From: Bradyrhizobium sp.
Lineage (GTDB): Bacteria; Pseudomonadota; Alphaproteobacteria; Rhizobiales; Xanthobacteraceae
Direction of reading: 5' to 3'
Assembly (NCBI GenBank): GCA_036565985.1
Contig: DATCXE010000402.1
Location: 1 to 38,552 of the forward strand
DNA length: 38,552 nt
Position numbers and translations under genes: made by a program. Under the pieces are notes generated by a model, which ran no database searches, was not told where the DNA came from, and was given only the letters and a program-made list of their open reading frames with translations. The stretch's first letter is position 1. Each line of letters begins with the position of its first letter. Below, in pieces: positions 28,175 to 36,044 of the stretch.

Positions 28175-28377
28175 CTAGAGAAGCTTTCCATCCGGCCCGA
28201 AAAACGGGTGCAGAAGGGTGCCGATCGGGACCTGATGGGTGACAACGGCACCAAACTCCTCGCCCGGAAACCAGCTGTGGAGGTGGAACGCAGGCGGCTC
28301 GACCTTGAAGGACGGCTCGCGCAACTCGGCCAGATCGAGATCGACCGCATGATTCGGAGCCAGACAGATCGTGGTCG
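28175..28377 (-). pseudogene. possible 3' gene remnant of unknown family
   Basis: Frame TTICLAPNHAVDLDLAELREPSFKVEPPAFHLHSWFPGEEFGAVVTHQVPIGTLLHPFFGPDGKLL* has mostly G/C-ending codons, begins at a G10 tract and has no convincing start or SD. Confidence 0.35.
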
Positions 28378-28621
28378 CCCCCCCCCCGCAAACATCGTGA
28401 ATTCGCGGCGAAGGTCGCAGCGCCACACGCCGCACCACAGCGCTGATGACGGAAAAGCGTTTCGGCGCAACGAATATCCGCACCCACACATTTCCGCTTG
28501 CCGATTTGCCGACCGCGCTGCGCTATGACCCGGGAGCGTATCGACGACGCGATCAAGGTCGTCGTCACCAATAGGCAAGAGAATGTGATCGTCAGCGCAG
28601 CGGCCGAGTAACAGGCACGCT

Positions 28622-29437
28622 TCACCGACCCGTAAACTTCGGCTCGCGCTTCTCCATGAACGCCTTGATTCCCTCCTGCATGTCCTGGGTCTTGAACAGT
28701 GGAAGCAGTTGCAGATAGACGTGATGCACGTGATCGGGAAACGTTTCGTTGAGCCCCATTCGCATCATGCGCTTCGCGGCCTGCACTGCCAGGGGAGCGT
28801 TTGCCGCGATCTCTCGCGCTACTTCGCGCGCACGCCTCATCAAATCGCTATCCGGCACGACTTCATTGGCCAGCCCCCAATCTAGGGCTTCCCGTGCCGA
28901 GAGCGTGCGGCCGGTAAAAATCAATTCAGAGGCCTTTGCCCAGCCAATCATCCGCGGCAGGAACCAGGTGCCACCCGATTCCGGCACCACGCCGCGTTTG
29001 ACGAAGGCTGCCGCCAGCTTGGCAGATTCCGCCATGATGCGAATATCGCAACCGAGCGCGGTATCCATGCCGTAGCCTGCGGCCCCGCCATTCACGGCGC
29101 AAATAGTAGGCTTATCCATCGCCTGCAGGACCGTCGGTGGCGTGTTGCGCAAGTCCAGCGATGTCGCTGAAGAGGCTGAACTGAGACCGTCACCGCTGCG
29201 TTCCTTCCGCAAATCCAGACCCGCGCAAAATGCGCGCCCATTGCCGGTGAGGATGACGCAACGGACATCCCGGTCCTCGTTCGCCTTGATCAGCAGCCGC
29301 GTCAGGTCGTTCAGCATCGGTCCGGAAATCGTGTTCATGCGCTCGGGTGCATTGAGCGTGATAAGGGCGATATGATCGGCGACGTCATAGAGAACTTCGT
29401 TGGATTCGGTCTGCTCAACGCGTTGGGCTTGGTCCAT
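28622..29437 (-). CDS. enoyl-CoA hydratase/isomerase family protein (PaaG-like motif pattern)
   Basis: ITLNAPERMN, AFCAGLDL, AFVKRGVVPESGG, EGIKAFMEKREPKFTGR. Start is 29437 or 29449. Confidence 0.9.
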   Translation of the reverse strand: MDQAQRVEQTESNEVLYDVADHIALITLNAPERMNTISGPMLNDLTRLLIKANEDRDVRCVILTGNGRAFCAGLDLRKERSGDGLSSASSATSLDLRNTPPTVLQAMDKPTICAVNGGAAGYGMDTALGCDIRIMAESAKLAAAFVKRGVVPESGGTWFLPRMIGWAKASELIFTGRTLSAREALDWGLANEVVPDSDLMRRAREVAREIAANAPLAVQAAKRMMRMGLNETFPDHVHHVYLQLLPLFKTQDMQEGIKAFMEKREPKFTGR

Positions 29438-29483
29438 AGTGATTCTCATTTCTTCTAGTTTAATTGGTTGTCGGAAGGGTTGA

Positions 29484-31877
29484 TCAGATCCGCCCCAGGG
29501 CACCCAGGATGACCTGGGGTGTCAACGGGATCTCCGTGATTGTTACCCCAAGCGGTCTGAGCGCGTCATTGACAGCATTGGTTACGGCGGCCGCGGCTCC
29601 CGCCGTGCCGGCTTCACCTGCGCCCTTGGCACCCAGCTCCGACTCTCGCGTCGGCGAGACCACATGCCCGACATCGATATCCGGCATCTCACCGGACATC
29701 GGGACCAGATAATCGGCCATGTTGGCGTTGGTAAGCTGGCCACGCTCGTCATACACGCATTTCTCGAACAGTGCGGCGCCAAGGCCCTGCACCACGCCGC
29801 CCCTGATCTGCTCATCGACTAGTTGCGGGTTGATGATGGTGCCGCAATCCTCGACAACCCAATGCTTGAGCAGCTTGACGAATCCGGTATCGGTATCGAC
29901 CTCCAGCCAGGAGGCCTGAACGCCGTTGGTGAAGGCGAACGGATATTCCCGCGGGACAAAGTGCCGGGTCGCCATCAATTCGGGCTGAATACCCGGTGGC
30001 AGCGTGTCCGGTCGGAAGTAGACGATCCGCGCGAGTTCGCTCAACTCGATGCGTGGCGCGCTATCGGCGGCATTAACGATGCTACCATTGACGATATCAA
30101 GTTCGCCAGCTGTCGACTGCAGGATGCCTGCCGCAACGTCGAGAATGTTCCTGCGCAGCACCTTGGTCGCCTGCAGGGCGGCCTCCCCGCCAATACCAGC
30201 GCCGCGTGAGGCCCAGGTCCCGCCCCCATAGGGTGTATTGTCGGTATCACCCAGGATCACACGGACACGATCCATCGAGACGCCAAGCACGCTGCCGACG
30301 ATCTGTGCGGTGAGCGATTCCGATCCCTGCCCCTGCTCGGTGATGCTGGTCTGGCAGATCACCGAACCCTGTGCGTCGAGCCGCACCGCGACCCCATCCT
30401 GCGACGATATCTTGGCGCCGCCGACGCCGTAGAAAGCCGCGCTGGGATTTGTTACCTCGATGAAACTGGCGATACCGATGCCGCGATGGATGTTCTTCGC
30501 CCGCAAGGCCGCCTGCTCGACGCGAAGCGTATCGTAGTCCATCATCTTGACGAGCTTGGCCAGCGCTGCATGGTGCGACAGTTGCTCAAAGCGCAGGCCT
30601 GAAGGCGAAGCGCAGGGGTACGCGTCATCGGAAATCAGATTGCGGCGTCTGATTTCGACCGGGTCCATGCCGATCTTCATCGCCGCCAGATCAACCAGCC
30701 CTTCCGTTACCGAGCAGGCGATCGGATGGCCAACGGCGCGATACTGGCACATGACGTTCTTGTTCTGGAACACGACACGCGCCCGCGCGCGATAATTACT
30801 GTTCGTGTAGGGCCCGCCGACGAGGTTGACGACCTGGTTGGCCTCGATCGCGCTGGTGCGCGGATACATCGAATAAGGTCCGATGCCTGTGAGATCATCG
30901 ATCTCGAATGCCGTGATGGCGCCATCGTGCTTGACGCCAATCCGTCCCTTGCAATGATGGTCACGGGCGTGAATGTCGGTGTTGAAGCTCTCGACCCGGT
31001 CGGCGACAAATTTGACCGGCCGGCGCAGCAGCTTCGCGAGCGCGTAGGTGGCCATCTCATCGGCATAAATGTGGACCTTGATGCCGAAGGAACCACCGAC
31101 GTCCTTGCAGACCACCCGCACCTGCTGCTCCTTCAAGCCAAGATGCAACGCCGCAATATTCTGCACCATGTGGGGTGCCTGTGTGCCCTGATAGATGGTC
31201 AACCGCCCTTCTGCGACGTTCCAGTCCGCAACCACTGCGCGCGGTTCAAGCGTCACGCCGGTATGCCGGCCGAAAATGAAATCCGCCTCTATCACCTCGT
31301 CGGACTCGGCAAGGGCCCGGTCGACATGGCCGGCCTCGTGATAGCGCTCGAAGGCGAGATTGTCGCCCAGAGAGGCGTGGATCACGGGCGTTGCTGGATC
31401 AAGCGCGGTATGCATATCCGTTACCGCATCAAGTTCCTCATATTCGACCAGGACGTGCTCCGCAGCGTCTTCGGCCTGGGCCCGACTGGCCGCGACCACG
31501 GCCGCAACTGCTTCGCCTTGCCAGCACACGCGGTCGACCGCGATCGCGCTTTGCGGCGCGGATTTCAGACCCTTCATATGGGAGAGCACGCCGACCCAAG
31601 GGGTAATGACGGCGGCGAGTTCCTGGCCTGTAATCACGGCGACCACGCCCTGCATGCGCCTGGCCGCCGAAGCGTCGATGCCGCGGATGTTGGCGTGCGC
31701 GTGCGGCGAGCGCAGGAACACGACATGCACCATACGCGGTAGTTCGATGTCGCTGACGTAAAGCCCGCGCCCCTGCATCAAGCGGTCGAGGTTGGGCCGC
31801 GGCACCGACTTGCCGATATAGGAGTTTGGCCGGTCCAGCGCCGAAAGCGTTTCGGGATTCGCCCGTTCAGACGTCAT
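29484..31877 (-). CDS. xanthine dehydrogenase family molybdopterin-binding (large) subunit
   Basis: RSPHAHA, Q-APH, VGGSFGIK, active-site loop QYRAVGHP, QGQG, WASR, QIRGGVVQG, KGAGE. ATGA overlap at 31874-31877. Confidence 0.93.
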   Translation of the reverse strand: MTSERANPETLSALDRPNSYIGKSVPRPNLDRLMQGRGLYVSDIELPRMVHVVFLRSPHAHANIRGIDASAARRMQGVVAVITGQELAAVITPWVGVLSHMKGLKSAPQSAIAVDRVCWQGEAVAAVVAASRAQAEDAAEHVLVEYEELDAVTDMHTALDPATPVIHASLGDNLAFERYHEAGHVDRALAESDEVIEADFIFGRHTGVTLEPRAVVADWNVAEGRLTIYQGTQAPHMVQNIAALHLGLKEQQVRVVCKDVGGSFGIKVHIYADEMATYALAKLLRRPVKFVADRVESFNTDIHARDHHCKGRIGVKHDGAITAFEIDDLTGIGPYSMYPRTSAIEANQVVNLVGGPYTNSNYRARARVVFQNKNVMCQYRAVGHPIACSVTEGLVDLAAMKIGMDPVEIRRRNLISDDAYPCASPSGLRFEQLSHHAALAKLVKMMDYDTLRVEQAALRAKNIHRGIGIASFIEVTNPSAAFYGVGGAKISSQDGVAVRLDAQGSVICQTSITEQGQGSESLTAQIVGSVLGVSMDRVRVILGDTDNTPYGGGTWASRGAGIGGEAALQATKVLRRNILDVAAGILQSTAGELDIVNGSIVNAADSAPRIELSELARIVYFRPDTLPPGIQPELMATRHFVPREYPFAFTNGVQASWLEVDTDTGFVKLLKHWVVEDCGTIINPQLVDEQIRGGVVQGLGAALFEKCVYDERGQLTNANMADYLVPMSGEMPDIDVGHVVSPTRESELGAKGAGEAGTAGAAAAVTNAVNDALRPLGVTITEIPLTPQVILGALGRI

Positions 31878-32359
31878 GACAGGTGCCCGGCGCGCGCCCG
31901 CGCAGTGATCTCGATGGCATCGACGATCGCTTGGTAGCCAGTACACCGGCAATAGTTACCGGACAGGTGCTCGCGAATCTGCTCTCGATCCGGTACCGAC
32001 GAGTGTTTCAACAGGTCCTGCGCCGCCATCAACATGCCCGGCGTGCAGAAGCCACATTGCAGTGCGTTCCGCGCACGAAATGCAGCCTGCAAATCGGCAA
32101 TCTCTCCGCTATCGGACAAGCCTTCGATAGTCTCGACGGAACTGCCCTGCGCCTGCACCGCCAGCATCAGGCAGGACCGAACGATCTCACCATTGACGCG
32201 TACCGTGCAGGCACCACAGACCCCATGCTCGCAGCCGACATGGGTACCGGTCAGCTTGAGGTGCTCGCGAAGAAAATCCGACAGGTTTAGCCGCGGCAGA
32301 ACATCGGCTTCGATGCGCTCACCATTGACATTGAGCGAAATGGTCGCGGTACTCGTCAC
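31874..32359 (-). CDS. xanthine dehydrogenase family (2Fe-2S) small subunit (CoxS-like)
   Basis: GCEHGVCGAC, QCGFC, NYCRCTGY. Confidence 0.94.
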   Translation of the reverse strand: MTSTATISLNVNGERIEADVLPRLNLSDFLREHLKLTGTHVGCEHGVCGACTVRVNGEIVRSCLMLAVQAQGSSVETIEGLSDSGEIADLQAAFRARNALQCGFCTPGMLMAAQDLLKHSSVPDREQIREHLSGNYCRCTGYQAIVDAIEITARARAGHLS

Positions 32360-33237
32360 GCCGCCGCTCCAGCGCAGAGATCGGGACGCGAAAGCAGGGA
32401 GGAAACGCCACGCGCCAGCAAGACTTTTGCCAGATGCCGACGCATCGCCGGCGTTGCCTGCTGATCCCCCAGGGGATCCAGTTCCTCACCCAACAAGAAC
32501 GACGCTTCGGACAAAACCGCAGGGGTGATAGCCACATCAATCAGCTGGTTGGCTGACTTGGCAAGCAGCGGGCGATCGCCGACGGCAAAGAAGCCAAGGC
32601 GGATGTCGGCGAACTGCCCTTCCTTCACGATCGCCTGCGCCGCCAGGCCGACAATCGCGTAATCGCCATGCCTGCGGACGAACTCATGAAAAAAATGTCT
32701 CGAATGCGCCGGTGCCGCCGGCAGCTCGACTGCAACCAGCAACTCCTGCGGCGAAAGCACGGTTTCATAAATACCGGCGAAGAATGCATTGGCAGCGATC
32801 CGCCTTTCGCCGCCGGGGCCGCACGCAATGATGGTTGCACCCAGCGTGACCATGCAGGCCGGCAGCTCGGAGGCTGGATCGGCGTGAGCAAGGCTGCCCC
32901 CGATGGTACCCCGGTTACGGATCGCCGGATGCGCGACATGGGCGACCGCCTGCGCCAACAATGGAGCGTGCGCGTTTACTTCTGCGGATTTCAGGAGATC
33001 GACATGGCGTGTCAGCCCGCCAATGGTCAGAACGCCGTGCTTCATCGCGATACCACGCAGCTCGGCCAAGTCACCAATGTCGATAATCAGTTCGGGAGAT
33101 ATCAAGCGCAGATTCATCGCCGGCATCAGGCTCTGGCCACCTGACAAGACCTTGGCCCTCTCGCCATGCGTTGCCAGCAATTCCAGCGCATGTGCGACGC
33201 TGGTTGCACGGGCATAAGCGAAAGCCGAGGCTTTCAT
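32356..33237 (-). CDS. xanthine dehydrogenase family FAD-binding medium subunit (CoxM-like)
   Basis: MKASAFAY, SGGQSL, IRNRGTIGGS, ADPASE, RRHGDYA; GGAGG SD. Confidence 0.93.
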   Translation of the reverse strand: MKASAFAYARATSVAHALELLATHGERAKVLSGGQSLMPAMNLRLISPELIIDIGDLAELRGIAMKHGVLTIGGLTRHVDLLKSAEVNAHAPLLAQAVAHVAHPAIRNRGTIGGSLAHADPASELPACMVTLGATIIACGPGGERRIAANAFFAGIYETVLSPQELLVAVELPAAPAHSRHFFHEFVRRHGDYAIVGLAAQAIVKEGQFADIRLGFFAVGDRPLLAKSANQLIDVAITPAVLSEASFLLGEELDPLGDQQATPAMRRHLAKVLLARGVSSLLSRPDLCAGAAA

Positions 33238-33280
33238 TTCGGCGTGACCCTCCCCGGCCAAGTACCTGCATTTTCGCTGG

Positions 33281-33309
33281 ATTAGAGGGCTGCGACCTTC
33301 AAAGGTCAA
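33281..33309 (-). promoter_or_regulatory. sigma70-like promoter for the M/S/L operon with overlapping palindrome
   Basis: Minus strand TTGACC(33309-04)-N17-TCTAAT(33286-81); inverted repeat GACCTT-CA-AAGGTC at 33294-33307. Confidence 0.65.
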
Positions 33310-33413
33310 GTTGTTATCGCCGCAATTGTCCCGACTTTTGGACTTGTCTTCGCGTAGCAAAGGCCGCACGTTCTCTGCCGACAAAAAAGGCCTGCCTTTG
33401 GGAAGAGCAGACG

Positions 33414-34520
33414 ATGAAGCTTGGATTCTTTACGATGCCGATTCATCCCGTTGGCAAGGATTGGCGGCTTTCCCTCAAGGAGGATCGCGAAGCGTTCCTG
33501 TTGGCGGATGAGCTCGGGTTTACCGAAGCCTATGTCGGTGAGCATGCCACTGACCGGGCCGAGAACATCACCTCCTGCATAGCCTTTATCGCGTGGCTCG
33601 CCGCGGCAACCAGGCAGATCAAGTTGGGCACCGGCACGATCAACATGCCAAACGCTCATCCGGCTGCGGTTGCCGCCTCGATCGCGATGCTCGATCACAT
33701 GCTGGATGGACGTCTGATCTTCGGCATCAGTCCTGGCGGGCTGCTCTCCGACGCAGAGGTATTCGGGAATCTCGAGGCAGACAGGAATGCAATGTTCCTG
33801 GAGGCAATCAATCAGGTGCTGCAAATCTGGGCAAGCGAACCGCCGTATGATCTCCAGGGCAAATACTGGAACATAAAGGTTCAGAAGACCCTGATCGAAG
33901 AGATCGGCCAAGGCTTCATCCCGCGTCCCCTGCAACAGCCGCACCCCCCGATCGTGGTGACGGCGGTCGCTCCATTCTCAAAGGGCGTGACGGAAGCAGC
34001 TGCGCGTGGATGGGATCCGATCTCGGCGAACTTCCTGATGCCAGCCTGGGTCAAAAGCCATTGGCCGAAATATGTCGAGGGCTGCGAACGGGCCGGCCGC
34101 GCCGCAGATCCGGCAAACTGGCGCGTTGCCAAGAGCATCTTCGTCGCCAGGGATGCGGCAACCGCGAAGGCTTACGCCACCGATCCGAACGGCCCCTACG
34201 TTTATTACTACCGCTCGCTGTTCACCAAGCTCAAGCGCGGCGGCCGCATCGAGGTGTTCAAGACCCGTCGCGACCAGCCGGACGACGAGGTGACGCTGGA
34301 ATCAATCTGCAACAGGCTTATCATTCATGGCACCCCGGAGAGCGTTGCTGACCAACTCCTTGCCTTTCAGGAAGAGACCGGCGCTTTTGGCACGCTGCTC
34401 TACGCAGGCAAAGATTGGAAAGATCGCGAACTTGGACGTCAGTCGATGATACTGATGGCCGAAAAGGTGATGCCGCGAGTCAATGCCGGGACGTCGGATC
34501 GTCTCAAGGCCGCCGAATAG
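33414..34520 (+). CDS. luciferase-like (LLM class) flavin-dependent monooxygenase
   Basis: MKLGFFTMPIHP, ADELGFTEAYVGEH, IKLGTG, LDHMLDGR, PLQQPHPPI, AEKVMP. Confidence 0.92.
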   Translation: MKLGFFTMPIHPVGKDWRLSLKEDREAFLLADELGFTEAYVGEHATDRAENITSCIAFIAWLAAATRQIKLGTGTINMPNAHPAAVAASIAMLDHMLDGRLIFGISPGGLLSDAEVFGNLEADRNAMFLEAINQVLQIWASEPPYDLQGKYWNIKVQKTLIEEIGQGFIPRPLQQPHPPIVVTAVAPFSKGVTEAAARGWDPISANFLMPAWVKSHWPKYVEGCERAGRAADPANWRVAKSIFVARDAATAKAYATDPNGPYVYYYRSLFTKLKRGGRIEVFKTRRDQPDDEVTLESICNRLIIHGTPESVADQLLAFQEETGAFGTLLYAGKDWKDRELGRQSMILMAEKVMPRVNAGTSDRLKAAE

Positions 34521-34542
34521 CCGGCTCACCCAGGGAACCGTC

Positions 34543-35418
34543 GTGGCGCTCAGCGATCGCATACCCTATCAAGCGCAAATCGACCGGCCGCAGCTGAAGC
34601 TTCCCGGCGGCAAGAAGCTCGCCGTGTGGGTTATCCTCAACGTGGAAGAATGGCGGATCGAAAATGCGATGCCGCGCACGGTGCTGAGCCCACCGATGGG
34701 CCAGCCGCTTTTGCCCGATGTACCGAACTGGTCATGGCACGAATACGGAATGCGTGCCGGCTTCTGGCGTCAGTTCAAGGCGCTGACGGATCGTAGGATG
34801 CCGGTAACTCTGGCCATCAATGCCAATGTCTGCAATGCCTACCCGCGCGTCGCGTCCGCCGCGCACGAGGCAGGCTTCGAATTCATGGGCCACGGCTTCG
34901 TGCAGGGTCCGATGCACAAAGTCGAGAACCAGGCCGATGCGATCAAGCGCGCTGTCGAAACAATTTCGCAGTTTACCGGAACGCCGACGCGGTCGTGGGA
35001 AAGCCCTGGCTTGACGGAAACCGAGCAGACGCTGGATCTGCTGCGCCTCAACGGCATCGAGTATGTTGCGGACTGGGTGATAGACGATCTGCCGCAAGAC
35101 ATCGTCACGCCTCACGGCACCATCACGACAATCCCCTATTCGGTCGAAACCAACGATATCGTCATCCACGCGCTGCAGCACCTGCCATCCGAGCAGTTCC
35201 TGAAACGATGCACCGATCAGTTTGACCGACTATACCTGGAGGGCGCAACGAATGCGCGCATCATGGCGATCTCGATACATCCGTACATCACGGGCGTACC
35301 TCATCGCATCAAGTATCTGGAAGCTCTGCTCGACTATGTCATCAGCCATGACGGCGTGGCGCTGATGACGGCCAGCGAGATCGGTGATTGGTATCGTGCA
35401 GAGATGGGAAGGAAATAG
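34543..35418 (+). CDS. polysaccharide deacetylase (CE4) family hydrolase, PuuE-like
   Basis: LAVWVILNVEEW, NWSWHEYGMRAG, EFMGHG, DDLP, IPYS, SIHPYITGVPHR; no signal peptide; GTG start. Confidence 0.88.
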   Translation: MALSDRIPYQAQIDRPQLKLPGGKKLAVWVILNVEEWRIENAMPRTVLSPPMGQPLLPDVPNWSWHEYGMRAGFWRQFKALTDRRMPVTLAINANVCNAYPRVASAAHEAGFEFMGHGFVQGPMHKVENQADAIKRAVETISQFTGTPTRSWESPGLTETEQTLDLLRLNGIEYVADWVIDDLPQDIVTPHGTITTIPYSVETNDIVIHALQHLPSEQFLKRCTDQFDRLYLEGATNARIMAISIHPYITGVPHRIKYLEALLDYVISHDGVALMTASEIGDWYRAEMGRK

Positions 35419-35480
35419 CACCAGGATACGCTTGCGATTTCTACAGTGCGCCAGACGTCCACCGATCACCCAGGATTCGA

Positions 35481-36035
35481 TCAGGAGGATTTCTTGCCAT
35501 CACTCGCACTAAACTGGCCGAAGCTGCCGCGCGCAAACAGCAGCGGCTCGCGGTGATTATAGGCATACGCTTCGACTGCCCCCAGGAAGATGATGTGATC
35601 GCCGCCATAATATCGGTTGGCGGCCCGGCATTGGAAATTGGCAACGCTGTCGGCCAACACCGGCGCATTGCCAAGCCCCGGCATCCAATTCACGCCGGCA
35701 AATTTGTCGCCTGAAGATTTCGCAAACTGCGCCGCCAAGGCCTGCTGTGAGGCTCCGAGAACATTGACTGTGAAGTGGCTGGCATTCTGGAAGGTCGTCA
35801 GGCCCTGCGAAAACATGCCGAGACTCCACAGCACCAGCGGCGGATTCAGCGATACGGACGCAAAGGAATTGCAGGTTACGCCATATGGCTTTCCATCAGC
35901 GGCCATTGCCGTGACGATGGTGACGCCGGTCGCGAAAGTGCCAAGCGCATTGCGAAAGTCCCGGGGATCAATCGCCGAATTGTCGCTGGCAAGTTCATTT
36001 GCCGGGTCAGCCGGATGTTTGGGTGAGTCAGACAT
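35481..36035 (-). CDS. flavin reductase (HpaC-like)
   Basis: FRNALGTFATGVTIVT, NSFASVSLNPPL, GGDH, PLLF. Confidence 0.93.
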   Translation of the reverse strand: MSDSPKHPADPANELASDNSAIDPRDFRNALGTFATGVTIVTAMAADGKPYGVTCNSFASVSLNPPLVLWSLGMFSQGLTTFQNASHFTVNVLGASQQALAAQFAKSSGDKFAGVNWMPGLGNAPVLADSVANFQCRAANRYYGGDHIIFLGAVEAYAYNHREPLLFARGSFGQFSASDGKKSS

Positions 36036-36044
36036 CCACCAACC

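Noticed and set aside
27598-28625. Several 60-150 aa ORFs in the Crp-crotonase gap
   Set aside because: Mutually overlapping, with no motifs or convincing SD/start. Treated as non-coding or debris apart from the fragments listed.
29484-33237. Aerobic CO dehydrogenase (coxMSL)
   Set aside because: The active-site loop lacks the Cu-binding CSFR motif and no cox accessory genes are present.
33171-33413. Overlapping N-terminal extensions of the LLM (from 33171) and the FAD subunit (from 33384)
   Set aside because: Family homology begins at ATG 33414 and ATG 33237, and the space between contains promoter elements.
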